A stretch of DNA of 64,000 nucleotides from Podarcis erhardii (Eukaryota), in assembly GCA_964252035.1 (NCBI GenBank), contig OZ176206.1. One strand, given 5' to 3'. Under the pieces are notes generated by a model. The model saw only the letters and a program-made list of their open reading frames with translations, did not search any database and was not told where the DNA came from. The position numbers and the translations under genes were made by a program. Each line of letters opens with the position of its first letter. Position 1 is the first letter of the stretch. This document shows positions 42,375 through 54,901 of this stretch, in pieces.

Positions 42375-44671
42375 CCAGGGTGTCTGCACATTTGGTGTCT
42401 GTGCACAGCTCCTTGTGGTTTAGCTTGTCCCTTTCCTGACAACTAGACCCCTTTTTCTCCCATAAGCTTTCCCTTGTAGTAGTCAAGAGAACAAGCCTTG
42501 GCCTTTTTCTACCAGGTCTTCAGCCATACAGTAAGCTGGTTGGGATGGCTAGACTGGAAGCACTGCTTTTTGACTGTCTTCTATCACATTGCTGGCTGCA
42601 AACTTTTGAGTTCCACAAAGCTCTTCTGACAAAGCTCTTCCTCAGAAGTGGCTGTTCAAAGCAAAAACAGAAAGGTTTACAGCCTAATAGCTGATTAACC
42701 CCAAAACACACATCCATGTGGGCTAATAAGAGTAGGAACCTGTAAAAGCCTGTTTAATTTTTGGTCTAAATACCTACGCTGGGGAATAGGCCTCTGTTTA
42801 ACTCAAAAGATCACTTCCACTATTGTCAAAACATATGACAATAGGTTGCCTAAAATCTTTTCTCTTTTGTGAAAAGGGGTTAAAGAGCCATGAGAAGGAC
42901 AACTGCAGGAATGTCACAAAAAACTGCAAAAATGCCTGGCAGTGAGCTGGTGGCAACTCCATAAGGCCACGTCCTACTCACAGAGAGAGCCGCAGGTGTT
43001 CTCCCCCAGCCCCTTGGTGGGTCTCCTTGCAAGACAAGTTGTGTCACATTTTCTACTGCTTCCTGCCTTGGGCTACAGCAAATCCTCCTTGCACTTAACA
43101 AGCCTTTTCCTTGTAGAGGAAAGGTTAACAGCCAGTTTGCTGCAGACTGGCCCCTGTTCCATTCCTCCTAACTATGCCCCAACATGCAACAAAGGCCTAC
43201 TATATACCTGGGAGCAAAACTGACTAGTAAATGAAATTTGATTAGATAGATTTCTAGTGCAAACAAAGGGCCCTGCCCAGTCCTTCCATAGCTCTAGTTA
43301 AGTCGCTAACAGTGCCCCACCCTGGCACCACACAAAGTTAATCTGCCCATTTGCAGCTTGAATGAAAGGGCTGTCAAAAACATTCTTTGCCATCTTCTAG
43401 GGAGGCAGTTGCCTACTTCATAGGCACGCCTAGCCTGCTTGCTTTGTTCTGAATCTGCCGTGCAAACACCAAAGACCTGCCCTTGGTGGCTAGGACTTAA
43501 TAAACACAGAAGTGGCTTACACACACACACACACACACACTTTTAGCAAAGTTTGGTGATTTGTACCTTTCTCTTTTATCTGTTCCCATATACCTTTCAC
43601 CAAAAGCAGACACTGCTGCTTCCTATTGGAATTGTATTCTACTAATTAATTAATATGAATTCCCATATGTATTGAAAATACTCCCAGGAGGTGTGTGATC
43701 TTGCCACAGAGCAGAGCATTCAGAGAAATGACCATCGCCCAAAATTCATGTGACATTGCTGCCTCTGGATCCATCCCATTACAGTACTGATATAGAAGAT
43801 AGCCATGGTCAGCAACAGAAGCTAGTTTGGTACAGCCTGAAATCATTTTACTGCTTCCAAATACTGTCCACAGGATTCTTTGTAGTGGCACCCAGAGGCT
43901 GTTGGGGAACACCAGTAGCCTCACAGGAAACTGATTCAATGTGTTTGTGAGGACCCAAGTGCCACGCCGAGCACAGAGATACCTCTCAGCAAAGCTCTTG
44001 GCCTGCTTGGAGTTTAATTAGCATGTTGTTCTCCTTTGTTTATGACTGGACTAAGAACTACAGCAACATCTAGGGCCCTGGGGACCCCCTTAAAGAGTCC
44101 TAGTTCTCTCTGATTGCTTTGGATACCATTTGCCTGTTGTCAATGCCAGCAGTCCAGTAGTCCCTTGATAGGAGCCTGAGCTGGTAAGGCTTTGTGTATT
44201 TGCCTAGCCTTCTCCCCTATGTGGCAGAAAGAGCAAGAGCTAATTCTTTCATGTGCTTACTATTTCCCATGCTCCCATTTTTTCATTTGGTAATTTCTCC
44301 CTCCAAAGATCCAAGCAGTAATCTGAACTATACAAAGAGCTTGATGAATGATGCAGTGGATGGGTGGCGGGAATAAGTTGTTGGCATCGTCTGTCTTGGG
44401 AGGCAGTGGAAAAGGGCACCTTTGGGTAAAATCAAACTGCTGGAGAGTTACAGCACTTTGGGTGTAGAGACCAATGCGGAAGAAACATGTTTTGTTGCAG
44501 CAGGGGTGGATGAAGATGTCTGGTTGTGGTACTACAGAGGCACCATGGCATTTCTTCTCTCTGCGCCCCTCCCAGCGGTCATTTCTCCTCTGCTCACTGC
44601 TGTGGATCCATGCCCTGACTGTCGTTTTAGGACAGACAAAGGAAGAGACTTCTCCACACAGCGCATAGTTA

Positions 44672-44948
44672 TACTATGGAATTAGCTTTCACAAGAGGCA
44701 ATGATTGCCACCAACTTGGATGGCATTAAATGAGGATTAGACAAATTTGTGGAGGAGAAGGCTATCAATGGCTATGTTGTACCTGCACTATCATGCCTCT
44801 GAAAACCAGTTGCTGGGAACCACAAGTGGGGAGAGTGCTTGTTGCACTCATGTCCAGCTTGCAGGCATCTGGTTGGGCACTATGAGGACAGGATGTGGGA
44901 CTAAATGGCTCACTGACCTGATCCAGCAGGCTCATCTTTTGTCCTTCT
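44672..44948 (+). mobile_element. CR1-family 3'UTR fragment
   Basis: GCCACCAACTTGGATGGC...GATTAGACAAATT...CAGGATGTGGGACTAAATGG...CTGATCCAGCAGGCTC, similar to the other CR1 copies. Confidence 0.7.
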
Positions 44949-46602
44949 GCCCTGCAGAGTAAATACTGCTAGGCTTGAAGGACCAATGGTCTGACTTTGT
45001 ATATAAGAATAGCTGCACATCATCAGATGTCCCAAACAGTACAAATTCAAACACTAACTGACTAGGCTATTTGGTGCCTCTGAAGAGGATGAACAGCAGC
45101 TGTTTTCACAACTTGTATTTAAATGGGTTTTTGCATTGTCTACATTTCAATTTTCATTGAATGAAAATGTCATATCCTCCAGAATGAATGCCCATCTCTA
45201 GACTTACTTAAGTCTTTGCACTAATGTAGGATTTTTTACATTCATTCCTGTACTGTGTGTACCACTAATTTAGGGCATGAATTGTTTAATAGGGATAGCC
45301 TTCATTCAATAATTGAGGGATTCTGCTCATTTCCAAAAAAAGAGCTAAAAGTCCTTCCCCAAAATGCTGTGGGCAAGGGAAGGGCTGCTGAGATGTCAAA
45401 AGCCACCAGCAAGAATGCCTAGCTGGAATCCTGTGAGCGATTCTTGTAAAATTCACATTCTGTAATTTCATCACCAAAGACAAGTTCAAACTGCATCTTT
45501 CTAGCAGCTTGGCTTAACACTTCAGCACTGAACCAACATGGGTATCTTCAACTAGCAAGGTGCTTTTTTTTTTGCAGGGGAGGGGGTTAAATTGTGCAGG
45601 CCTGCTGCATGGATCTGCAAATACAGTAAGAGATCCAGAATGGGAGGAGTCCTTGGCAAGCACTGATCCTTCCCCAAAGCTGCCATCTGCACACGCCTTC
45701 TAAAGCATCTACCCTGGTACTCACCTTTGCCCCATCCTGGACCAAGCAAACACTCCAATGACTCTTATTAAGAGGTGCTAGAAGGGCAATTTATCCACCC
45801 TTTCAACATATGTTTTCCAGAAAAGGCAGCTGAGGCAGGGCTGGGGCTTGTGTCTTCATTTGCAGCAGGGGTCGGGAGTCATGCAGAATTAAGAAAAGGC
45901 AGAGTACAAGGCTGGGTTCATGTATTTCATTTGCACTATGTCAGGTGTTCCAGGTTCACTTTGCAGAAGGCCTCCTATCGTAATTTTTTCTCTCCTTTCT
46001 GCCAGCAAATGGGCAGGTGAAGCAGCATGGCATACTCTGGTGCCCTTTTATCTGCTTTCCAGTGAAATAAATTCTGTCTGGGGTTTTGCCTTGGATAGAG
46101 CCCCAAGCTGGGACTCCATCAATGAAAAAGGCACATTTCATGTTGGAAACAATGGGCGTAACCGGGTGTCGATCCTGCCCCCCCCCCCAAAAAAAATCCT
46201 GGCTACACCCATGCTGGAAATTAAGCTACTGCATTAAGCATTGTCACCAGTCTCCCCTGTAAGAGCTATGAGTGGACGCTTGCCCCTAACAGCATGACAG
46301 CTGAATGGACCCTTCAGCATCAGAGACAGTCTGCATGCCAATGGCAGAGATGACAGGAGGTTTTGCGTCTTCCTTGTGAGCTTCGTTTTCAGACATCTGG
46401 TGGTTGGTCACTGGGAGAAAGCGGGATGCTGGGTCGGAGGCGTGTCTTTAGATGGAGAGCTGCCAAATTAAGGGAGAAGTGAATGGGCTCTCGATGGCTC
46501 CTGCTCATGAGTTTCGCGATACAGAGGCAGTCTCCCTCGGGGCGAAGCCTTCCCCTCGGGGCACCAAGATGCAACATGCTGGGTCTGGCCGGAGTGTGGT
46601 TT

Positions 46603-46680
46603 CCCCGCCCCAATGACTCAGCAAATCCGCGCCGCCGCCTCCGCCTCTTATAAGACCCACGGCGCCGACGGCTTAGTTCA
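46603..46680 (+). promoter_or_regulatory. NQO1: NQO1 core promoter: GC box, CCAAT, ARE/AP-1, TATA, Inr
   Basis: CCCCGCCCC 46603-46611, CCAAT 46610-46614, ATGACTCAGCA 46613-46623, TATAAG 46649-46654, Inr-like TTAGTTC 46673-46679; CpG island from about 46400 to 47600. Confidence 0.8.
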
Positions 46681-46703
46681 ACTGCTGCCCGGCTTGCATC
46701 GCT

Positions 46704-46710
46704 ATGGCTG
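46704..46710 (+). CDS. NQO1: NQO1 exon 1, coding part (7 nt)
   Basis: ATGGCTG|GTAAGT downstream of the TATA box; phase 1 fits exon 2. Confidence 0.9.
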
Positions 46711-49634
46711 GTAAGTAGCTCGTCTCCTCGGTCCAGCCTTACTCTGGTGGGCCCTAAAGTGCGCACCAGGCTGTCTCGCGGAGCCAAGCGGGCAGGTCGA
46801 AAAGAGAGGAAGGACGGGGGTGGGTGGGATCGATCGAGGCCCTGCGGCAGCGCCGGCAGCAGCTTGCAAGGAGGCGGGTGGCGCCCACCTGGCGGGGCCC
46901 CCGAAAGGCAGGCCGGGCGGTCTGCGAGGCTGCGCTGCCCTGGTGGGAGGCGCCGAAGCGGGAGTCTGTCCGCTGCAGGCTGTCCGCCTCTGTTGCAGCC
47001 CCGGCGGCAGGGCGGCTCTCCCGGAGCTTTGGCCGCCCGAGGCGTCTTGCCTTGCCAGGCTCTGCCCTCCTGCTCTCCTTGCAGCTCGGCAGGCGCTGAT
47101 CGTGCTGGCCCACCCGGAGCGGACATCCTTCAACTATGCCATGAAGGAGGCGGCTGTCGAGGCGCTGCAGAAGAGTGGCTGGAAGGTGACCGTCTCGGAT
47201 CTCTACGCCATGCGCTTCAACCCGGTGCTCTCCCGGGACGACGTCATCGGTACATAGGTCTCTGGGTCCCTGTCGCTCCGCTAGGTGTGTCTGCACAGAC
47301 TGGCGGCGGCGCCAGCTCGGCTGGGCTTCAGGCCGGCTGGTAGGGGGCGCTTTCCCCCAGCCTTCCTGCCTGGAGGAACTGTCGTCGGGGCGAGTACCTG
47401 GGATCTTTTGCCGCTCCTTTCCCGGAGCCCCCCGAGGCTCCGCCTCGCCTGCGTGCCTGGACCCACCCTTCCCCCTCTCCCCCTCCCTCAGGCAAGCCGA
47501 AGGACCCGCAGCACTTCAGCTACCCGGCCGAAACGGGGCTGGCATGGAAAGAAGGCCGCCTGAGCAAGGACATCGTAGAGGAGCAAAAAAAGCTGGACGC
47601 TGCCGATCTTGTCATCTTTCAGGTGGTTCCCAGATCACAGGACTCTGCCTTCTAAGGAGTCAGACCACCTGGTCCATCAAGCCCAGGGTTGTTTAAGTGA
47701 ACTGTTTCTCCAGGTTTTCAGGCATGAGTCTCCCCCACCCCTTCTACAGCCCTTCTCCAACTATCATAGATACACACTGGTTTCCTGGGAGGGGATTTAA
47801 GGGGGGGTGACTTTTCACCTGCATCATAAGCCTCTTCTTGCCTTAGGCTTTTAGTGTTTGACCCGAGTGTGGATTTTGGCCATGAATCTTGCTGGCCAAT
47901 GAACTCTGGAGAGGCAAAATTAGGAAGTCCTAATTCAGTAAAGAGGGCGGGAGCAACACTGGCAGCTCAGGCTTTAAAAATTGGATTCTGGCAAACATGG
48001 AAATTGTCCACAGAGGGCCTTTACTTCATAGGGGGGAAACAATATGCTTCTAACCCCCTGCTAGAGCTTGCCATTGGAACAAAGTTCTGGAACTAGTGGT
48101 TCTAAGGGAATGCCATGGGCACTGAAGAGCTTTTTGGGAATGGTACCTAGACTCTAAAGTACCATGAAATGAATGTGCAACAAGGGCCTCAACCCTTAGC
48201 CTGTGGCTCTGCTTCTGTTGCAGTTCCCTCTCCAGTGGTTTGGTGTCCCAGCCATCTTGAAAGGGTGGTATGAGCGTGTCCTCACTGGTGGATTTGCCTA
48301 CTCCTACAGTGCCATGTATGACCAGGGGCCCTTCAAGGTAGGTATGCACTGGGGATTTGGTGGGAGTGAAGTCTTACTGCTGCTGTAGCCGCCACCACCT
48401 TTCATTCTCTCCCATGTTCAGCTCCAACTGGCCAGTAGCTGCAGCCTGTCTGTTGTGCATTTGAGCCCTGCAGTCAGCCTCTTTGGTGCTCTGCATGAAA
48501 CAATATGGCAGACTCTGGTCTGGTGGTAGTGGGAAAAGACAGAGGATTCTGATAATGACCCTGTCTCTTGGTATTTTAGAGAAGGGTGTTCTGTGGGACA
48601 GAGAAAGTGCAGTTCCTTTCCTCCATATTGTGGCAAGATGATGATCAGCTGGGCTTTCACAATACTCTGTAAAAGGACCCTTGTTCACTAGCTGCTCTCT
48701 GCATGACAGTGTCTCAGCTGCTGTGTAAAACATAACTCATATTTGGTTACTTACAGAATAAGAAGACTCTACTTTCCTTCACGACTGGTGGGATGGGCTC
48801 CATGTACACCCCTGAAGGCATCAATGGGGACATCAACATCCTTCTTTGGCCAATACAGGTAACAAGGCAACATTTATTGTCAAACCCATAGTTATTTCTA
48901 AGAGAGTTTTAAAATTATTATTAAAAGGTGTAATACTTAAGTAGATGGTGCAAGCTTCTGCCTTACACAGAATTCTTACAGGTTCCTATACTTGTCTGGT
49001 TTGAGAACCTCTGTGTAATCCAGAGGTTTACAATCCTGCATTCCAACCAATTGGCGAGATGACTTTTTTCAAGAGCTGTAGTTTACTGAATCCTAGCAGA
49101 AAGCCCACATCCCTTGTGTGCAAAGTTGTAGACAAATTTTAGGTTTTTAAAATGAGTAAAAATGTCATAGCAGACATTTAGTATGGAAACAAAACAAAAA
49201 AAATACTGTACTGGAAATGTCACTATAGAGCTCTTTATTTGTCCTGAACTTGTTCTAATTACATTCCTCCTGCCCTATTTGAATATGTATTTGATTTGCA
49301 AATGTTCTTTCTTCCTACTCCCCAGAGTGGCACTCTCCATTTCTGTGGTTTCCAAGTCTTGGCACCCCAGATCGCTTTCAGTATTGGCCATACACCACCA
49401 GAGGCCCGCTCCCAAATCCTGGAGATGTGGAAGAAGAGATTGGCCACTATCTGGGAGGAGACGCCCCTCAGCTTTGCCCCAAGCAACAACTTTGATTTGA
49501 GCTTTGCTGGGGGCTTTCTTCTGAAGAAAGAGGTCCAGGAACAGCAAGAAGATAAAAAATATGGGCTGACAACTGGCCAGCATCTGGGAAAGCCACTCCT
49601 GCCTGATAATCAAGTCAAAGCCCAGCAGAAATAG
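46704..49634 (+). CDS. NQO1: NQO1, NAD(P)H:quinone oxidoreductase 1; gene span, 275 aa
   Basis: 6 exons (7/165/131/114/102/309 nt). It carries the extended C-terminal domain that NQO2 lacks ([16 protein letters not shown]...GQHLGKP..DNQVKA), and is syntenic with NOB1 and NFAT5. Confidence 0.98.
47085..47249 (+). CDS. NQO1: NQO1 exon 2
   Basis: [54 protein letters not shown], 165 nt. Confidence 0.97.
47492..47622 (+). CDS. NQO1: NQO1 exon 3
   Basis: [43 protein letters not shown], 131 nt; read by hand. Confidence 0.96.
48224..48337 (+). CDS. NQO1: NQO1 exon 4
   Basis: [38 protein letters not shown], 114 nt. Confidence 0.97.
48757..48858 (+). CDS. NQO1: NQO1 exon 5
   Basis: [34 protein letters not shown], 102 nt; read by hand. 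Confidence 0.96.
49326..49634 (+). CDS. NQO1: NQO1 exon 6 (stop)
   Basis: [24 protein letters not shown]...DNQVKAQQK*, 309 nt. Confidence 0.97.
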   Translation, partial: SGTLHFCGFQVLAPQIAFSIGHTPPEARSQILEMWKKRLATIWEETPLSFAPSNNFDLSFAGGFLLKKEVQEQQEDKKYGLTTGQHLGKPLLPDNQVKAQQK

Positions 49635-50859
49635 TAAATTCTGTTGGTAAATTGGGACAAAAAAAGGCCTTTCTGTAGTAATGCTAACAGTTAAAGTTTC
49701 CTACTTTCACTTTCTCTGGGTTCATAGGGTCCCTGTAGGGCAGACCTTCCCCTAACCGGCGCCCTTCTGCTGTGTGATTCCAGTCCCATCAGCCCAACAA
49801 GGATGATGGGAGTTGAAACCCAAACTACCTGGGAGCACACCAGATGGGAAAGCTGGTTGGGCACTCTACCATTAAAAACAGTTAGTTATACCTTGTGTAT
49901 GTAATGCAAGGCATATACTCCACAATGGAGCCTGCATTATTACTGTTCTACTCTTTGCAGCCTTAAGATCCTAGCCTATAATCCATGGGTGGGCAACCAC
50001 AGCCTTTCACATTCCTCTTTGCAGCCCCCATCTCAGCAAAGATTACCACCATACTGCCTTGAGCAACAGAAGAGTTGGCAGGAAGGTCCAACCCCAGAGC
50101 AAAGTACTTAGAGCTTGGGTCTTGCACTTCTCCAAGTGCATATGCCTGGAGAGCACCATAGGTTGTATCCAACGTTAGTGCTACTTGGAGCAGACCCATT
50201 GAAAGTAAAAGGCATATCTAACTTAGGCACACTAATTTCAGTACGTCTACACGGAGTAGAATGTAGTTGGATAGAACTGTATGGATCCACCTGGCTGCTT
50301 TCTTGCCAGCTCTTCAGTTTCTTGTCATAGTAGCCTCAAGGTAGGGTGGGTGGGTGGGTGGAGTACATTGCCTTTACTTCATTAGCAACCACCAATCCAC
50401 AATGGGTAAAACAAGCTACTTGGCAGTCAATACCACTTGCACCAGACTTGAGCTGCCAGAGGAGAGGTGCAGTGGCAATCTGCCTGAAGACAAAACAAGC
50501 CACAGATGCAGCTGAAAAGAGGGCAGCTGGGAAGAGTGGTGAAGACAACTGGGCTCCCACCTTCCCCAGCTGGAATCAGCCACAGCACAGGAAGGCAGGG
50601 CCAGAGTTCCCTGGCAATAAATGGTGCTGGGGGGGGGAGGGGGGAGTGTAATTAACTGGCGGGGAAGGTGAAGGGTTGCTTTAAATCCTCTTAGTTTACT
50701 TGCTGGTAGTAGGGATTAATACTACTTGAGATTTTTGTACTTTGGTAATAACTTTCACATGTACTAACAACAAAGCCAGGTGTTGCCTCTATTAGTCAGG
50801 TTTGTTGGAATGTTATGTAGATTTATACAAATCTCTCTTGCGCCAGCAGAGAAATTTAG

Positions 50860-50865
50860 AATAAA
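50860..50865 (+). terminator. candidate NQO1 poly(A) signal
   Basis: AATAAA in an AT-rich context followed by a T-rich tract; a second AATAAA at 50616-50621. Confidence 0.5.
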
Positions 50866-51222
50866 ATACTTTTTTAAACCTTTCTCTTGCAGCTGTCTAT
50901 TGAGTCAAGGGCCACATTTTGTGCTAGGCATTTATACAGTTTGAACCTATTACAACTTGCATGACAGCACTACTCAAAGGGGAGGGGTACCTGTTTGTGT
51001 CTCCATGAGAGGTGGTGAAAGGAGAGGCCTAAGTCTGCTGCTTTACCATACACAGTTAGTAATATGGGACAAGCCAGCCCAGACATGGTGGGTTCTGCAA
51101 AGGAGGTATTTACACAAAGAAGGTTCTACCTTCCCATTAGTCCAGTGAAGGGAAACCCATCTCCACCTGCTCCATATACGCTGGTGCTGGCTTGCTTATC
51201 GGCCATAGAGCAAAAAGGGATG

Positions 51223-51365
51223 TATAGAATTGTAGGGTTGGAAGGGACCCTGATCATCATCTAGTCCAAATCCTCTGCAATGCTGGAATATGCAGCTGCC
51301 TCTTATGGGGATCAAACCTGCAACCTTGGTATTACCAGCATCATGCCCTAGCCAACTGAGCTATC
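51223..51365 (-). mobile_element. tRNA-derived SINE with CR1-like tail
   Basis: Minus strand: A-box TAGCTCAGTTGG, B-box-like GGTTTGATCC, and a tail GGTCCCTTCCAACCCTACAATTCTATA resembling the CR1 3' end. Confidence 0.8.
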
Positions 51366-51504
51366 GATTAGTAAACTTCTAGCTAGTGTGTGCAGGGCTC
51401 AGCAGACAACACACTAGCCTTGCACTTCAGGACCAAATGACTCCAAGATACTGAAAAGAATGGAGCACAGTAGCAATACACTGCAAAATGAAAACTTTCA
51501 AAGT

Positions 51505-51510
51505 TTTATT
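51505..51510 (-). terminator. candidate NFAT5 distal poly(A) signal
   Basis: AATAAA on the - strand, at the end of a long U-rich, 3'UTR-like region. Confidence 0.65.
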
Positions 51511-54093
51511 CTTGACTGCAGCTGTGTACAGAAATATAGTTGCAAGTATACAAATGTCCCAATAGAAGCAAAATATCTCTCTCTTAATATTCAACAAGTT
51601 ATCACAGGATAGCTAAAAACAAATGCAAATGAGTCCCCCCTCCCCGCCCCCTCCAATAGAATAAACAAAACCATTATCAGTGCTCTGAGAAACCCACCTA
51701 CACAAGCCAGGGACACAAAATGCACAAGGGGCCATCTGAGGCTACATTCACATTGCAGGATATTGGAAAAGGCTGCTTGGTGGCTGGCTGGTCTTGAGTG
51801 CTGTTCTAAGCGAGCATGGCAAGAAAGGGGAGGGGGAGGGAGTGTGTTAGGACTGCAGCGATATTAACAGGCCGAGCTCTGGGAGAAAACCTTCATTAGT
51901 TGCATGCAAATTGCTGTTGGGACAGAGGGGTGCAACGAGATTCTTGGTCTCAGCAGGTCCAAGCCCAAAGTGTTCAGAACAAAACCTTGCCCTGTCCAAA
52001 TGGGACTTCATTCCAAACAAGTTGGACTCCATGGGCCAGAGCCCCAATACAAAAAAGCTGCTGAAAAGAGGAAACAATGGACCCCAGATGACAGCCAAGC
52101 TACCTAAGGGCCTAAGGATCAAAGTGGCAGTGGTGGCAGGGACTGAGAAAACTGCAGTGATGGTGGCAGCAGCAGCATCCACATGGGCTATGTCTGGTGC
52201 AGAGGTCAGGGTTACACTCAAAAGTTATTTCAATGCAGGAAATCCTCTGCTATGAGCTCAAACAAGAGACCACCATTTTCTGAAGCAGTCACAAGCAGCC
52301 TGGACTGTCAAGAAGTTATTCCTAATATTTAGTTTAAATCCTTTTTCTTGCAAAATGGACCTATTGGTTAACACTGAAGCCCTGGAGAAAACAACAACAC
52401 AAAATTTGCTCCCATGATCAAGAGTGACAGCCTGTCAAATACTTAGTGATGGTTATCAAATTTCCTCTTCGTTGTTTCTTGTGCAGCCTAAATATACTTA
52501 GTCCTTTCAACCTTTTCAAATTGGACGTGGCTATGACCAAGTTGCTCATTGCCAGGGTGGGCAAGACCAAATGAGGTACTTCCTGGCCTTTCGGGCTCTG
52601 CTCTGATGCAGTGTGCTAGAAGATTACTCAGGATAAGACACAAACACTTTCCCAGGCATGTTTGGAGTGGTGCACAAGAGGAGGAAGGAAAGCAAGTCAA
52701 GGTTGCCTGAAAGGACAGCTCTCTCTTGACCATTAATATGCAGGGAGGGACCTGAAACCACAAGGGCTTTTACAGTTCTACAAAATCTGATTCCCAAAGT
52801 GGCTTTATCCAGAGTGTTTGAGGAGGGAGAGGGAGTTGTACATAAAAATGATTGCTTCCTGTAGTTTGAAGCCCTTTGTGGTGGAAAGGCTTAGTTGGAT
52901 TCTTGTGGACTGATGCAGAGGGAAAAATGAATGGGGACAACATGAGCTCCAAATGCCATGTGCGAACCAAGAACACACAGGAAACAAGATACACCTTGCA
53001 AGGCTGCCGAGGTCCCAACTCCATGAAACTCTCTAGAATACCTTTTGTAGGCTCTGCTACCACAGGCCCCGCAAAACAAACAAAAAGGGTGTAGGAAAGA
53101 TGCAGCACCAGCCAGCCACTGAGCAGGCCTTTGTTCCAAATACATACTTTTTTGTAACCAAATCACGTTAAAAATGTTGCACATTTAAATATTGACCTAA
53201 AATGGACCAAGAAAAAATAGAAATAAACCAACCCAAAAACCCATGTACATCACCGTTTTGAACAGAGCAGCAGCAGGAGCCCTTTTAACAGAATGCAGAT
53301 GCCTGCGTTGTATGGCTGGAGCAATGTGGGGAGAAGTGACAAGAGGCAGCTCTGAGCAGGAAACTTGGTTCAATAGAGGATTGGTCCCTGGTGACTTAGC
53401 ACTGTCCCCCGAGGACAGTCCTGATGCCACCGAAGTGTAGAAGACACAGCAGCGTACACGTCAACCTGCTCCTACTCAACCCTCTCCACACACTTCTTCC
53501 CCATAAAGCTCCTGCCATGGCCTGGGACTAAGTGCCTCTTCCAGAAGACACAGGCAGTCCCAGGCCCAACTGCAGGATCCCCAGAAGTGAAAGCGAAAGC
53601 CGCTGGCTTGGTACATCCCTTTCTGCCTCCTCATTCATAGTTAGGCACATGACTGCTCCTTCCCATCCTCAATACTCTTTCAGCAAATAAAAGAAACATA
53701 ACATTGTAAGAGAAGCAAGCTCAATGCAGCTACAGACATCATGAAATGAGGAAAGAAGGTTCCAATTGTGAATTTGTAGTGTTGTTATAAATTAAAAAGC
53801 TAGCAATAAAATATTAGACATTAACCATGAGTGAACAGCTGAATGGCTCATGTCAAGGGACTCCCATGCAAAGGAAGATGCACATGTGTCACCTCTGCAG
53901 TGAAGTTGCCCTCACAGCCAATCAGCACAGAGGCTGCCTGATTATATGAACGGCCAGAGATGAACCAATCACATCTGCTGCAAAAAGTACTCAAATACTT
54001 TGTGAAGACTTAACAACAACCCCCCTTCCCCTGGTTCCTAGATGCCATGTTGTGGGAAAACAGACAACAAAACTCACACATTTACCACAAAAA

Positions 54094-54222
54094 NNNNNNN
54101 NNNNNNNNNNNNNNNNNNNNNNNNNNNNNNNNNNNNNNNNNNNNNNNNNNNNNNNNNNNNNNNNNNNNNNNNNNNNNNNNNNNNNNNNNNNNNNNNNNNN
54201 NNNNNNNNNNNNNNNNNNNNNN
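54094..54222. other. assembly gap (129 N)
   Basis: Run of N. Confidence 1.
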
Positions 54223-54901
54223 AATACAAAATAGAGCTTTCCAAAAAAATGAAACACACATTAGATATAAACCATCCAAAACCTGAACGATTGAAAACTG
54301 TATTCAAAATTAAATGACCTAGAGCAGGTCTCTTTCTGAAAAGTTCTTTTCATATCGGCAAAATAGCCTGTACTACTGAAAACATAACTCAAGCCTCTCA
54401 AAGAGAGACGGACAAACAGAACGAATCACTGACTGCAAACATCAGAGACGGACTGGCATTTAACAGGACAACAACAATAACAAAAAACAAGCACAACTCT
54501 ACATAGCTCAAGGTGGAGCACAAGTTAGAAAAAACACATAAGGGGTAGCCTAAAAAACCAGGTACAAGCTAAATTCTTCTCTACACAAAAGTAACAAAAA
54601 TGGACACCAATGCTTACTAAAAAACACAACTCCCCAATGCCAACAAGAGTCACACACAACAGCTGTTGGGTGACAGACACCACGCACAGCATTTGATGTG
54701 CAGGAGAGGAAGAGAGGGAAATAAAAATCCAGAAGAGGGAAACTGTAGCTATCCCTGGAGAGCACCTGAAATTGAGTTTGCCCCTTGGTGCTGACAGCAC
54801 ACAAGAGCATCTGCCTTTTAAGCCAAAATGGATGCAAATTCATCACCAGCATTTGCATTTTGAAAGAGTGACGTTACTTGTCTCGTATGAGCTAAAGGAG
54901 C

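Noticed and set aside
46440-46444. GCGTG (AhR/XRE core) upstream of NQO1
   Set aside because: Lacks the TNGCGTG flank, and a 5-mer is expected by chance in a CpG island
46389-47343. Several 140-245 aa ORFs around NQO1 exons 1-2
   Set aside because: CpG-island stop depletion. The only conserved peptide is NQO1 exon 2.
49342-49350. miR-140-3p 7-mer match CTGTGGT in NQO1 exon 6
   Set aside because: A single site inside conserved coding sequence (HFCGF), explained by protein constraint
51223-51365. Possible tRNA gene
   Set aside because: A and B boxes are present but there is no cloverleaf 3' half, and it ends in a CR1-like tail; it is a SINE
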